Shown here: positions 1 through 11,731 of the stretch, piece after piece
Position numbering within the stretch: the first letter of the stretch is position 1
Layout: each line of letters starts with the position of its first letter
Assembly: GCF_964355755.1 (NCBI RefSeq)
Contig: NC_092670.1
Location: 3,772,201-3,836,200 of the forward strand
DNA from: Antedon mediterranea
Taxonomy: Eukaryota > Animalia > Echinodermata
Length of the DNA: 64,000 bases
Reading direction: 5' to 3'
The notes under the pieces: generated by a model
Databases searched by the model: none
What the model was told of the DNA's origin: nothing
What the model saw: only the letters and a program-made list of their open reading frames with translations
Program-made: the position numbers and the translations under genes

Positions 1-1601
1 GTCAAGCTCAACAGTTCTTTTCAGAATGCTAGAAGTAACTTGCCATGTGTATCCGATTAAACTCCCCGGGCATTTATTGTTCAAAGGGGTTTTTAGGGGC
101 AGGGGAGGCATCTTTATTTGTGGTATAATATGGTAATATGTATAATCAAATAAATACCACCTAGATGTAAAAAAAAATACAGCACAATTAATATCAAAAA
201 GTGAAAAAAATGCTTGGTAAATTGTAGATTATGGTAGTTATGTAATGTGTTGTGATACAATTATTGTGTAAATGCATGTGGCGGGCGTATTCCACATGGT
301 GTTCTATTAGAGGGAATGGTGGCGTTTATTTGAGAGAGGCTTTTATTCAAAGCGGGTGTTAATTCGAATAAATACTCTAATTTTAATAATTATAATTCGT
401 TTCTCAACTGATAAAAGGTACTTTACATGATTCGTTTTCTTCTTTATGCTTTTTAACGAAATGTTTCTGTCTTTTAGAATAAAAGTGACACTGTCATAGA
501 TAACATTAAATGGATATTCTCTTCCAGGTGCCAGTATAATGAAATAAAACAATGACATATCATTATCCTGACACAATTGCACTCATAATGGATCTTCATT
601 CTATCATCTGTTTGTTTGTGACTACAATTTGACAACAATCTTTTGCATATTTTTAAATGCCAATACATATATAGCTTCATTACTATTGTACAATATGTCC
701 AGCTTTCCTGAAAACACCCTTGTGTACTGTAGTACAGTGTTGTAGTATGATTTTATCATGATAACTTCTGATGCTTTTATTGTCAATGAATTCAGTACCT
801 AAAACAGTGGTATTGATAATAAATCTCCAGAAATATATATTGTTTTATTATCTACAATGGGAACAGACGTGTATAATATACACCGACAAAACTTATACAT
901 ATTATGTATAAGTTTTGTCGGTAACATTCAAAAATATTATGCAACAGTGTTACGGAATAATGACAATGAATTGGTCTATTATAGTTGTCTGTGATACCTT
1001 TTATTACATGATTGTACTTGCAACAGGATAGAATGAGGTTTAATCCAGTTATTATTCTTATTATATTAATTTTTTTTTTTTTTATCTGGGGTGTATTTAT
1101 TTGATTATACATGTTACCATTATTACACCCAAACAAAATAAACGCCTTCCCTGAATAACTAAATGCCCGGACCTTTTATTCGGGTAACTATAGTAAGTTA
1201 CTTCTAGCATTCTTAACTGTTGAGCTCGAGTATTTATTCGAATTAACACCCGCTTTGAATAAAAGCCTTCATTCCCTCCAATAGGAACATCATGTGGAAT
1301 AAACGCTCCGCCACATGCATTTACAAAATAATTGTATCACAACACATTTCATTAATTACCATAATCTACAATTTACCAAGCATTTTGACATAATGTTATC
1401 ATTTTTTTATATTAATTGTGCTGTATTTTTTTACATCTAGGTGGTATTTATTTGATTATACATGTTACCATATTATACCCCAAATAAAGATGCCTCCCCT
1501 TCCCCCTAAAAACCCTTTTGAACAATAAATGCCCGGGGCGTTTAATCGGATACACATGGCAAGTTACTTCTAGCATTCTGAAAAGAACTGTTGAGCTTGA
1601 C
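1..1601. mobile_element. Foldback/long inverted repeat (arms ~1-377 and ~1228-1601), left end may extend beyond the window
   Basis: 1-41 GTCAAGCTCAACAGTTCTTTTCAGAATGCTAGAAGTAACTT is the exact reverse complement of 1561-1601; complementarity continues with small indels to ~377/1228. A degenerate direct copy of the right arm lies at ~1060-1227. Confidence 0.8.
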
Positions 1602-1794
1602 GTTTATATCAAAATGTTCTCGTGGACAGCAATAACTAGTAGGCCTACTTGAAATTGAAACAATTTAAAGTATCATATTGCATAACATTACTGTCTAAAG
1701 ATAAGTTGTGTAGAGATATGTTTTTTGTTTGAAACATTAGTAATAGTATTTTCTGTTCATCTTTTAACCACATTTTCTATTACAATGAATGTAA

Positions 1795-2365
1795 ATATGT
1801 ATATTTCGAACAATTTGATACCAAATTTAAGTTTCTACGACCAGTACTTACAGAGATATGAAGATGCCCTGGTATGTGGGTCAAAGGTCAGAAAGGGCAT
1901 TTCTGATCATTTTTGACTAAAATTCCCCATTAGACTGAATATGAATGCATGCCTTCTGAACATTTTGAGACCAAAATTGACTTGCTGCGACCAGTGGTTG
2001 CCGAGATACAAGTAACTTTATTTATTTGTTTATATAACCCTTGACCCTGACCCTTTGACCTTTTGTAACATTTTTCAAAATGTTTTTCAAATAACAAAAT
2101 ATATATTTCGAACAATTTAAAACCAAATTCAAGTGTCTACGACCAGTAGTTACGGAGATAAATACATGCCCTGGGTTGTGGGTCAAAGGTCAGAAATGGC
2201 ATTTCCGGTCAATTTAAACTAAAATGTCCCATTAGACTGAATATAAATGTATACCTTCTGATCAATTTGAGACCAAAATTACTTCGCTGTGACCAGTGGT
2301 TGTTCAGATTTAAGGACATATTGGTGTTTGGTCTTATGACCTTTCACCCTGACCTTTTGACCTTT
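1795..2365. repeat. Diverged ~302-bp tandem duplication rich in TGACCT/AGGTCA motifs
   Basis: ATATTTCGAACAATTT at 1801 and 2103; both units share GTGGGTCAAAGGTCAGAAA, CCCATTAGACTGAATAT and end in TGACC clusters. Confidence 0.75.
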
Positions 2366-4317
2366 CGCCACATTTAAATGTGTACCAAGCCAAAAATGAT
2401 TGTTTGACCACCCTAAACCAATTTCTGAAGTCAAATTCTCTGGACCTCAAAGTGCATACGAAAGTTGATCTAGCTACTAGAGTAAATGTAGTTTGCTTCA
2501 AAAGTTTGTGAATTCTAATGCCCTCAATGACTATTGTTTGTACTTATGTTTGATTAATAGAAACTTAATTGATAGATTTAACATGATTCTGTATTTCTTT
2601 GACTATATTTAGAAAACAAACAAAACTAACTAAAATTAGATATAATCTTAAAAGCTTGCTTTGGTAAAATACAAATTCAGTCAATAAGGAGCTTTTATTT
2701 GTGATAACCCAAGACTATTATTGTACATTTTTTATTGTCTGAACCTACATGTAGAATGAACCACCTCTATCAAGGAATTAAGTGAGAAAGCAGGTTCCAA
2801 ATGTCCCTGCATGTGCACAATTATCATTTCACATGATTTCTAGGTTGTGACAAATCGAATGCTCCTAACTGACTTGCATTTGCTAAGATTGTTTGATTAA
2901 GTTGTAGAAAGTTTATATAGTTTTGGTTTTCATATGTGATATTGAAATCTAGATTTAGCGTGACTTTCTGTCAATAGCAACTGTTTTTTTTTCATTCAGG
3001 TATAAAAATATACAAAAAATAACCATAGGCTAAAAGTAATGCATCTACAAAGGTTTAAAACAAAATTGGGAATATGCATTTATAAACTTTAAAGAGTATT
3101 TACAATGATTTGAAATTGAAAACATAAAAAACTAAAAATAGTGCTGAGTTGTGTCTATTATGTGTCATATAGAATATATACAGTATACTGTAGCATAGGT
3201 GAAATTACAAGACCCAAACAATTTTTAGTAACATTACATTATCAAAATCAAACATGAAGTTGACAATTTCGAATAATAATGATTTGAGCAGAAAGATATA
3301 AGATTTGGAAGAAAATTTCTATTGATCATACATTCCAATAATTATCGATCTATAGTTTCCCCTATGTTTCATAATTTTTGGGATTTTATTTGTGTTACAC
3401 GAGCTTGTTGAAAATAAGAACTTTCTTATCAGTGGGGGGATAGTTCAAATTACACAGTAAAATCTCTATTCTTTTGTACACAAATTTTGTAAATAGAGAG
3501 GCATTATAAAAAGCTATGAAAATAAATGGTGTGGTAAAAAATGTTATCAGATGACTAAATATAGGTAATATAACTTGAATATTACATTTCTGATATTTTT
3601 ATTCAACTTCAGATTTTTATTTTCATGCTATAGCAAAAATTATCCACCGTATATCCACCATCTTTTTTTACCGTCTAGGGAGTCACCAGATGTGTTATTA
3701 CATTAGGTTAACTACCTAACTAATGAAAAAAAGTCTCCCTGGTTTTTATGGAATAATTTTGACAAATTTTGTATTTGACCATATTAAGGGAAATTCATGT
3801 TTTTTCGTCTTGATTTTTGTTACAAATATTTGATTTATGTACAATTAACCAAATATTATATCTAAAATTCATGCCTGTACCTGAGCTTTAAATTCAACTG
3901 GCCATATGATAATTTGATTGAAGATATGCTTAATTTTTATATGAATTCATATCTACATTTCAACAGCTTTCATAGTGTGTTACAAACATAAAGGTCACCT
4001 TTAATTCTGAAGAGTTGTAAGATATTCAAATATACGATGAAGGAGATATAAAATACATGACATCACATTATTCAAATATTTAGCCATTTGTTGTCGAGAT
4101 GAAAATAATGGCAACTCATGAGAGAGATAATTGATTGAGCTAGCACATATTCAAATTTCATGGAAAATCGGGCACAGATAAGCTTTAAGCTAATGTTAAT
4201 GAATGAGAAATGTTGATAATAAAAGAGCTGCAACTCTGAGGCTTTATAAACACAAAGAAGGACAAAATTATTTATGCCTTAGGTGAAAAAAATGCTGTCA
4301 GAAATATAAGATTCAAA

Positions 4318-5774
4318 TTATTGGGAATCCAGAACAAAATAATGTGGAGGAGTTTCGTCATCCTCTCTTCTGTTCATAACTTCATTTGTGCACCTCATTT
4401 TCTCAATCACAGTGTCAGAAATAACGTAGTCATTTTCAGTCTGCTGTTCTGCTGGTGTGTCATCAATTGTATAGTAAACATCTTCCTCTTCAATGGTTCC
4501 TTGAATGTCGGAAATCTCTTGGACCCTTGTGCCATTGTTTCTTTGATAATGCATGGCAGGTTCTGGTTTCTTGTGATGTTTCTTCTTAAGTTGATAAAGT
4601 AACACAATTACAACAATCAAAAGCGTGATTGTACTTGTTGCCAGTGCTATTGTGGTTGTTTTATTGTTGTCACTTCCTGGATTAGATTTTTGGGATGTTG
4701 TCTCAAATACCACTTCCTTGTTAATAGTTGGTGTGATATTTTTGTGGTTGTGTTTCACAGTTGTTCTGTAAAAACAAGGTCTGTCTGTCGGAATACTTTC
4801 AGTGGTAGAGATATCTTGGTAGTTGCTTTGGGATGTTGTCTTTTGGTCTATTGGTATGATGGTATCATTAATAGTGAATTCAATTTCATCAGCTCCTTTC
4901 TGAACTTCTGTGCTCACCAGACACTTGACAGTGTAACTACCAGCTGGTAAATTGTTAAAACATCTTTCATCTGTATTTTGCTGGTAATCATTCTCTGCCA
5001 ATTCTTCTTCATTCAAATGCCAGTTGTAGATTTTCTTTTGACCAGATCCACCTGCTGCATAGCATTTGAAGCAATTCTGATTCAATGACATTTCAGATGT
5101 TTCGTATAACCTCTTGACCTCCACCATTAATTGTGTGTGAACTTTTAATATCAATGTGTAACACCAAATTTCTAAATTGTTTTTATTTGTTTTAAGAATT
5201 GATAAACAGTAGAAGAATATCACTTCTCCAGAATAAAAACCATTAATAGTCTGATTATAATTTACATCATATAAATTATAAGAATGTATGATGTTGTAGT
5301 TTCCTTGGATCCACCCAATTGTGACATCATAACTCAAGTCATTTGACAATCTAATGATATTACAAGAAATTTGTACTTCCTTTCTTTCAATAATGTTATT
5401 AAAACCTTTACAAGAAATGCGCTTGCTATTCTCGTCAGATATTCCATATTCAACACCAGATGTAGGAACCAAATATTGTGAATTATCATCATCTTCACAT
5501 GTGTATATTCCATGGCCTTGCTGTCTATTCAAAGATAAGAAAACATGACATCTAATGTTTACCTTTTTAAAAGAGTAATCTTTAAAGATGTACAGTCCAG
5601 CATTGTCTTTAACAACAAAGTCCTTTGGAAGAACCTGGTATTCTTTCATCACTGGTAAAACTCTCACTGTCCATAGCTTGATGAGTGATAGTAAAGCCTA
5701 TCAAATTCAACAAAATCTGAAGCTCCATGTCTGAATATCAACAAGAAGATTATGAGGATCATGAGAGATTTCAT
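4318..5774 (-). pseudogene. Ig-like single-pass receptor paralog A1, intronless, frameshifted after codon ~36
   Basis: ATG at 5774 gives signal peptide MKSLMILIIFLLIFRHGAS then stops at TGA 5666-5664; the 449-aa ORF (5667-4318) is in another frame (about 4 nt missing versus paralog A2). It encodes Ig-like C..W..YxxxC modules, a Thr-rich stalk, TM (IALATSTITLLIVVIVLLYQL), KKKHHKK and a Tyr-motif tail (DVYYTI, NDYVI, HYFVL). Confidence 0.75.
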
Positions 5775-6053
5775 CTTTGTAAAAATCTGTGTTTAGCACG
5801 TCTTTACAGTGTAAGAATGAAATATTAAAGTGCTGGTTTTGTTGTAATGCAATAATTTAATTTTCTTTCTCAAATATAAACTGTTTTCTCAGTTCAAACT
5901 ATGTAACAAAATTAATTAAAAAACAGTTATGAAAGTTATAGAAACAACAAAAATCGACACAAAGTCTACAATTAAGTTTATGACGTGCTCAGGATAAGAC
6001 GTGTATAGCGAGCGCTCCTCATTTGACTACAATTTACACGGCGTGTATGCATC

Positions 6054-6743
6054 ATGGCCACCAAACCCAAGACTCGCTCTCGCCCAGCCGATATTGAAAG
6101 TGCTTGTTCCAACCCTGTGGACTTTAACAATTTTGTACATGCTTCCCTAAAATCATTATTAGATGGGCAGGCAAAAATTAAAGAGGATTTGAACCAAGCT
6201 ATTGGATTTAACTCGGACAGAATCGCAGCACTCGAAGAAAACGATATTATCAAGGCTAACAAGATTGGTCAACTCGAACAAACGGTTGATAAACTATCAT
6301 CTACGGTTGCGAAGCTCGAACTAGAGGCCAACAAATCCGAACGCTTCAGCCGACGTAACAACGTTCGAATTGTGGGACTTAAAGAAGAATCAGGTGAGGA
6401 TTGTGTTGTCTTGGCCAGGAACATTCTAATAGATAACTTTGAATTTAGTGAAATACCAACGATAGAGCGTGCACATCGAGTCGGTCCTGTACTGCCGGTG
6501 AGTCCCCGACACATCATAATTAAACTACTTAGTTATAACTCTAAAGTTCAAGTCATGAAACAGAAGAATATTGCCTTACAAGATAAACAGTTTTACGTGA
6601 TAGATGATCTGACCTTAGTGGATTATAAAGAAAAGAAGAAATGGAAATTTCAAGTTAAAGCTTTATATGACAATGGAACTAAACTTAAATTCTCTGCTGG
6701 TAAATGGCGAACTTCTACGGGGACTCCCTATATATTCAAGTAA
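6054..6743 (+). CDS. LINE ORF1 protein (coiled coil + RRM + CTD, L1-ORF1/Transposase_22-like)
   Basis: Heptad region followed by SRRNNVRIVGLKE, IERAHRVG, PRHIIIKLLSY motifs. Confidence 0.88.
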   Translation: MATKPKTRSRPADIESACSNPVDFNNFVHASLKSLLDGQAKIKEDLNQAIGFNSDRIAALEENDIIKANKIGQLEQTVDKLSSTVAKLELEANKSERFSRRNNVRIVGLKEESGEDCVVLARNILIDNFEFSEIPTIERAHRVGPVLPVSPRHIIIKLLSYNSKVQVMKQKNIALQDKQFYVIDDLTLVDYKEKKKWKFQVKALYDNGTKLKFSAGKWRTSTGTPYIFK

Positions 6744-7092
6744 CTTTTACGGTGTTTTGAGGAACTGGGATATGAATGGTTTCTTTTTCTCTGCCTTCTT
6801 TCATTTTGTAATGTCAGTATATTTAACCTGGCTTTGCTTGTTTAAATTCCAAGCATGTCCGCTACGTACCATTATGCAAATTATACCTTTGCATACCCGG
6901 TTACATACCTAATGAATTATTCTCCGTTTTATACACGGGGAGTGCAACGCTTACGCTACCTATGTATTAGTAATACGGCAGCACTAAACAGAATTGTTTT
7001 ATGTTTAATTATTGTTATATTTAGTTTTTTATTTTATTATATTATTGTTAACTTTTACCTAATGTTTAAATTATCTATGATACCTATAATTA

Positions 7093-10000
7093 ATGTGCCA
7101 ATCCAACCCTACAACTGATGTGAAATTTAACCCCTTTGTGGCATACGAGAACATGAATATTAACGAAAATGTTGATCCACATTCTCAATTTTATGCTAGT
7201 TTAAATGAATCTAATTATTTTGATCCAGAAACATTCTCAGAGAATTTCTCTAAGCATAACAATGATAAAAATATTTTGTCTACTATCCATTTTAATACAC
7301 GTAGTCTCTTGGGCAAGATGGATTCTTTAAAACGTTTTCTTCTTACACTTGAATTTGACTTTGATGTTATTGCTATTACTGAATCTTGGCTACAGTATGA
7401 CAATAATCCCCTAACAGATATGCCGGGTTATAATATTTTTTCTAGAAATAGGAAATCTAAGGCGGGTGGTGGCGTAGCCCTGTACGTACGAAACAATGTA
7501 TCAGTTACTGTCCGTAATGATTTAACAACAGATGAATCAATATGTGAATCGATATTTATTGAAATAGAACAGATACATGGGAAAAATATCATCGTGGGAA
7601 CAATCTATCGTGCTCCGTCTTTGAATATCAATGCATTCAATGATATCCTAGATAACCTACTTCATACTCTTTCAACTGAAAATAAGCTGGTATATCTGTT
7701 GGGTGATTTCAATATAGATATTTTGCAATATACTTATGAAACCACAACTAACAATTTTGTAAACACTCTTTTTAGCAACTTTTATTTACCGCTAATACTT
7801 AGACCTACTAGGATAACATCAAATAGTGCTACTCTTATTGATAACATATTAACCAACCAGCCTGATTTACACCTCGCTAGTGGTCAGCTCTATTGCGATA
7901 TTTCCGATCACCTACCTGTTTTTTCTATATCTACCTTAACATACAAAAATACTCAAGCAGTCAGTAGACCTCCAAATAAACCTTTTAGGAAAATTAATGA
8001 AAATAACATCGAACAATTTAAACGAGAGCTTAGCGTAATAACATGGAACGATGTGAACTTATTGCAAGAACCTAATCAAGCTTATAATAGTTTTGAAACT
8101 AAATTAAAACTTTTATATAATAAACATTTTCCAATGACTACGCAAAGTAAAAAAAACACAAAATTAAAACCTTGGATGTCAAATGGTCTGTTGCAATCTA
8201 CTAAATATAAACACAAGTTATATGCTAAATACCTAAATAATCCTACCAATCATAATAAAATAAAATACACTAAATTCCGTAATACCTTAAATTCACTTAT
8301 TAAACGTGTTAAAACCGAATACTATCAAAACAGATTCACTCAATGTCAACATGATATTAAAGGTACTTGGCGCGTAATTAACTCCTTGATTAAAAGGTCT
8401 CCGAATTTGAATACGAAAGTTGTTCTAACAGGCAATAATGGTGAATCCATTGAAGACCCGTCTCAAATCGCAAATGAATTCAATAAGTTTTTTGTCGAAA
8501 TTGGACCAACTCTTTCAAAAAAATTGCCAACCGATCAATCTGATTTTAAAACGTATTTGCCCTTACCTACTTTAAACTCTTTATTTATGTGTCCAGTGTC
8601 TGATACAGAAATTATAGATATTGTCAAGTGTTTTAAAACTAATAAAGCGCAAGGACTTGATGAATTCAGTCCAAAAGTTATTAAACAATCAATTTCCCTT
8701 TTGGTTAAACCTCTATGTCACATATTTAATCTGTCTTTAACAAAAGGAGTTTTTCCAAATAAATTGAAATTGGCAAGAGTTACTCCCATCTTTAAAGCAG
8801 GAAAAAAGGACACTTTATCTAATTACCGACCGATCTCAGTCCTTTCGCTATTTTCTAAAATATTAGAAAGAATTATCTATAATAGAACCTATGCCTTTAT
8901 GGAAAAAAATAATATTCTATTCAATAAGCAATTTGGATTTCGCAAACATTTTGATACCGCAATGGCCTTAATTGATTTGTCCAATGAAATAATAGATGCA
9001 TTTGAAAATGATGAGTTTGCAATTGGTGTTTTTGTCGATCTATCGAAAGCATTCGATACCATTAACCATCCCATTCTTCTTTCAAAACTGTATCACTATG
9101 GTATTCGCGGTGTTCCTCTCAATTTATTTAAGAGCTATTTATCCAACCGCTACCAATGTACCAAGTTTTGTGATTCCCAATCCGACTATTTGCCTATTAC
9201 CTGTGGAGTACCACAAGGTTCATTACTAGGTCCTCTTCTGTTTCTTTTATATGTGAATGATATTTACAATTCGTCAGTATCTTTATCTTACTTTTTATAT
9301 GCAGATGACACAACACTAATCTGTAAAAATCGACACTTAGAGTCGTTATTTAACACTGTAAATACAAGTTTAATTAATGTATCCGAATGGTTTCTGGCAA
9401 ACAGCCTTTCTGTAAATCTAAAAAAGTGCAGCTATGTTCTGTTTAGAAGTAGTACGATGCCGATTAAATTAGGTCCATTGCAAATTAAACTAAATGGTTC
9501 TGTTCTCCCCATGGTCAATCATGCAAAATTTTTGGGTGTATCCATTGATAGTCGTCTGACATGGAAACCCCATGTTATTGAGACAGAAAACAAAATCTCA
9601 AAAAATATTGGTATAATTTGTAGACTGGCATCTTTTCTTCCACATCATATTCTCCGAACACTCTACTGCTCCCTTGTTTTGCCATATCTTTTATATTGCA
9701 ATATCGTTTGGTGTAACACATTCCCATCTAATTTAAATAAACTTCAAATACTACAAAAGAAAATCATTCGAATAATTTCGAATGTTTCACCTAGAACTAG
9801 TACAGATCCTTTATTTCGTTCTCTCAAATTATTAAAATTAACAGATATTAATATTTTCCAACAATGTTTATTTATTTACAAAAGCCAAAATGCTCTTCTT
9901 CCATCTCATTTACGCGATATGTTTTCTCCCAATTATGAATTTCACGGCTATTCCACAAGAATCCTCAATAACCTTCATATTCCTAAACATAAAAAGACTT

Positions 10001-10125
10001 CTTTTCAACATAATATTAGATTTACTGGACCCAAGATATGGAACTCACTTCCTAACAAAATTACAACTTCTGCAAACAAACATAGCTTCGTCTTTAACAC
10101 TAAACAATATCTAATACAAAAGTAA
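7093..10125 (+). CDS. LINE ORF2: AP-like endonuclease + reverse transcriptase
   Basis: 1010-aa uninterrupted ORF with HFNTRSL, ITESWL, GGGVALYV, LGDFNID, LIDNI, SDHLPV (APE) and NYRPIS, DLSKAFD, GVPQGSLLGP, YADD (RT). Confidence 0.95.
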   Translation: MCQSNPTTDVKFNPFVAYENMNINENVDPHSQFYASLNESNYFDPETFSENFSKHNNDKNILSTIHFNTRSLLGKMDSLKRFLLTLEFDFDVIAITESWLQYDNNPLTDMPGYNIFSRNRKSKAGGGVALYVRNNVSVTVRNDLTTDESICESIFIEIEQIHGKNIIVGTIYRAPSLNINAFNDILDNLLHTLSTENKLVYLLGDFNIDILQYTYETTTNNFVNTLFSNFYLPLILRPTRITSNSATLIDNILTNQPDLHLASGQLYCDISDHLPVFSISTLTYKNTQAVSRPPNKPFRKINENNIEQFKRELSVITWNDVNLLQEPNQAYNSFETKLKLLYNKHFPMTTQSKKNTKLKPWMSNGLLQSTKYKHKLYAKYLNNPTNHNKIKYTKFRNTLNSLIKRVKTEYYQNRFTQCQHDIKGTWRVINSLIKRSPNLNTKVVLTGNNGESIEDPSQIANEFNKFFVEIGPTLSKKLPTDQSDFKTYLPLPTLNSLFMCPVSDTEIIDIVKCFKTNKAQGLDEFSPKVIKQSISLLVKPLCHIFNLSLTKGVFPNKLKLARVTPIFKAGKKDTLSNYRPISVLSLFSKILERIIYNRTYAFMEKNNILFNKQFGFRKHFDTAMALIDLSNEIIDAFENDEFAIGVFVDLSKAFDTINHPILLSKLYHYGIRGVPLNLFKSYLSNRYQCTKFCDSQSDYLPITCGVPQGSLLGPLLFLLYVNDIYNSSVSLSYFLYADDTTLICKNRHLESLFNTVNTSLINVSEWFLANSLSVNLKKCSYVLFRSSTMPIKLGPLQIKLNGSVLPMVNHAKFLGVSIDSRLTWKPHVIETENKISKNIGIICRLASFLPHHILRTLYCSLVLPYLLYCNIVWCNTFPSNLNKLQILQKKIIRIISNVSPRTSTDPLFRSLKLLKLTDINIFQQCLFIYKSQNALLPSHLRDMFSPNYEFHGYSTRILNNLHIPKHKKTSFQHNIRFTGPKIWNSLPNKITTSANKHSFVFNTKQYLIQK

Positions 10126-11731
10126 ATTAATTAACTAGTTATATTCTAGGTATCAGTTTTTTATTGTTTTCATATTCCGTTATGGTAATTACTTTATTCC
10201 TATATACCATTTACTATTATTTACTAATTTGATTTTAGTTACTTTTTGTTTTGTTCAGGCACTTTCAACACAAGCTTTTGCTTTTTAGAAATTGTGCCTC
10301 CTTCATAATATTGTTTTATTCATGTTAAAGATGAGAAGAAAAAAAATTGTATTGTTTTAACTATCTTTCTTCTCGTCATGAATTTTGTGTATTATATTAT
10401 TTATTTTGTATATTATGAAGGAAATAAATGTTATTATGAAATGAAATGAAATGAAATGAAGTTGACCTCTGTTGTGCATACATACTCTTATGGTATGTGG
10501 TATAGTTTGTCCGGTGTGGTATTGTTAAGAGGTGTGCCGTTGATAGTACAGTGTGGTTGGATAGCATATTCAAATAAGGCAATGATTACTAACCAATATT
10601 TTATATTTGTAACATTTTTGCAGATTACAATTGTGTTGAGGAATAAATTACTGTATATTATGAAATGGTTTTTAAGTTGAGGAAGTAGACTATACTATTA
10701 TTTTAAAATATAAAAACTAAACTAACCTTTTACATTATTAGTTTTGTTTGTTGATGAAAGTCTATCAGTTTTGTTATTAATTATTCCAATGTTTTAATAC
10801 AATAGGTTCTCACGCTATCATAAATAGTACAATAAGAGGTGTGGTTAATTATTTAAAATAGTTTTTTAATGCTTATTTCAATCTGTAGCCTCAATTGCCT
10901 TTTTTTTTGTTTAGCTTTTAATGAAAGTTAGTTAAAAAAGTAATTATTGCAAGTATTATATTTTATTAGAATTATTTTCATTAAAAAAAGCAAGTTCAAG
11001 TTTACATGTTGTAAGATGTTTCAAAACTTTAGTATTCATAATTAATGTATTTGCTTCTTGTTTAAATTTACATGCTAAAGCAAGATACACAATTTAGCAG
11101 CAACAACTTCTTGTAAAGGATTAAAAATAAATAATATTCACATATTTGTACAGTTATTGTTTGTGCTTAGAGCCATACTCATTCAGTTTATATATATACA
11201 GGTTGTGTATAATTGTTGGCATTATAATGGACTGGGCTATTACAAATAAAGTATTGTACAACTTGGTTAGAATATTTAAAAGTAAATTTCTAACATTTCT
11301 ATGTTTTACAAAAGAAAAAAACAAAATACTAAACCTTTTACCACTTTGAAACAAAATAACAGCATTAATTTGAAATCAATATGGGATTATTAGTATATAA
11401 TTGGAATCCTCACTATAGAGATAATGCTGTATTAAAACTTCTTTTATTTGTACAGAAACATTTTTAAAGTTTTACTGTTATCCAATTCCTAGTTTAGTTC
11501 CATAATAGCTGAAAACTAATGTTAAATTGTTTTGTGTTTGCTTGTAGATTTCATCTGTGTTCTATTTCATCTTTGTTCTACAATATATCTCTTCACACTA
11601 CATATTATGCATTGCAAGTGCCTTTAAGAATTTGAGTATCATCTGTCTTGTTCTGTTGACTTTATTGGTTCATTTGTCACATGCCACATGTTTTATTAGC
11701 ATATTCCTTGACATCTTCCATTTCCTCTGTG

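Larger units (their letters stand above)
5980..10460 (+). mobile_element. Apparently full-length non-LTR retrotransposon (CR1/L2/Crack-like group)
   Basis: Short GC-richer 5'UTR, ORF1, ORF2, 3'UTR stem-loop AGGCAC...ACAAGCTTTTGCTT...GTGCCT (10257-10299) and (ATGAA)n tail at ~10436-10460; no clear TSD. Confidence 0.9.

Noticed and set aside
343-2115. Short 60-95 aa ORFs here and antisense ORFs overlapping real genes elsewhere
   Set aside because: No domains, compositionally biased, or shadows of opposite-strand coding sequence.
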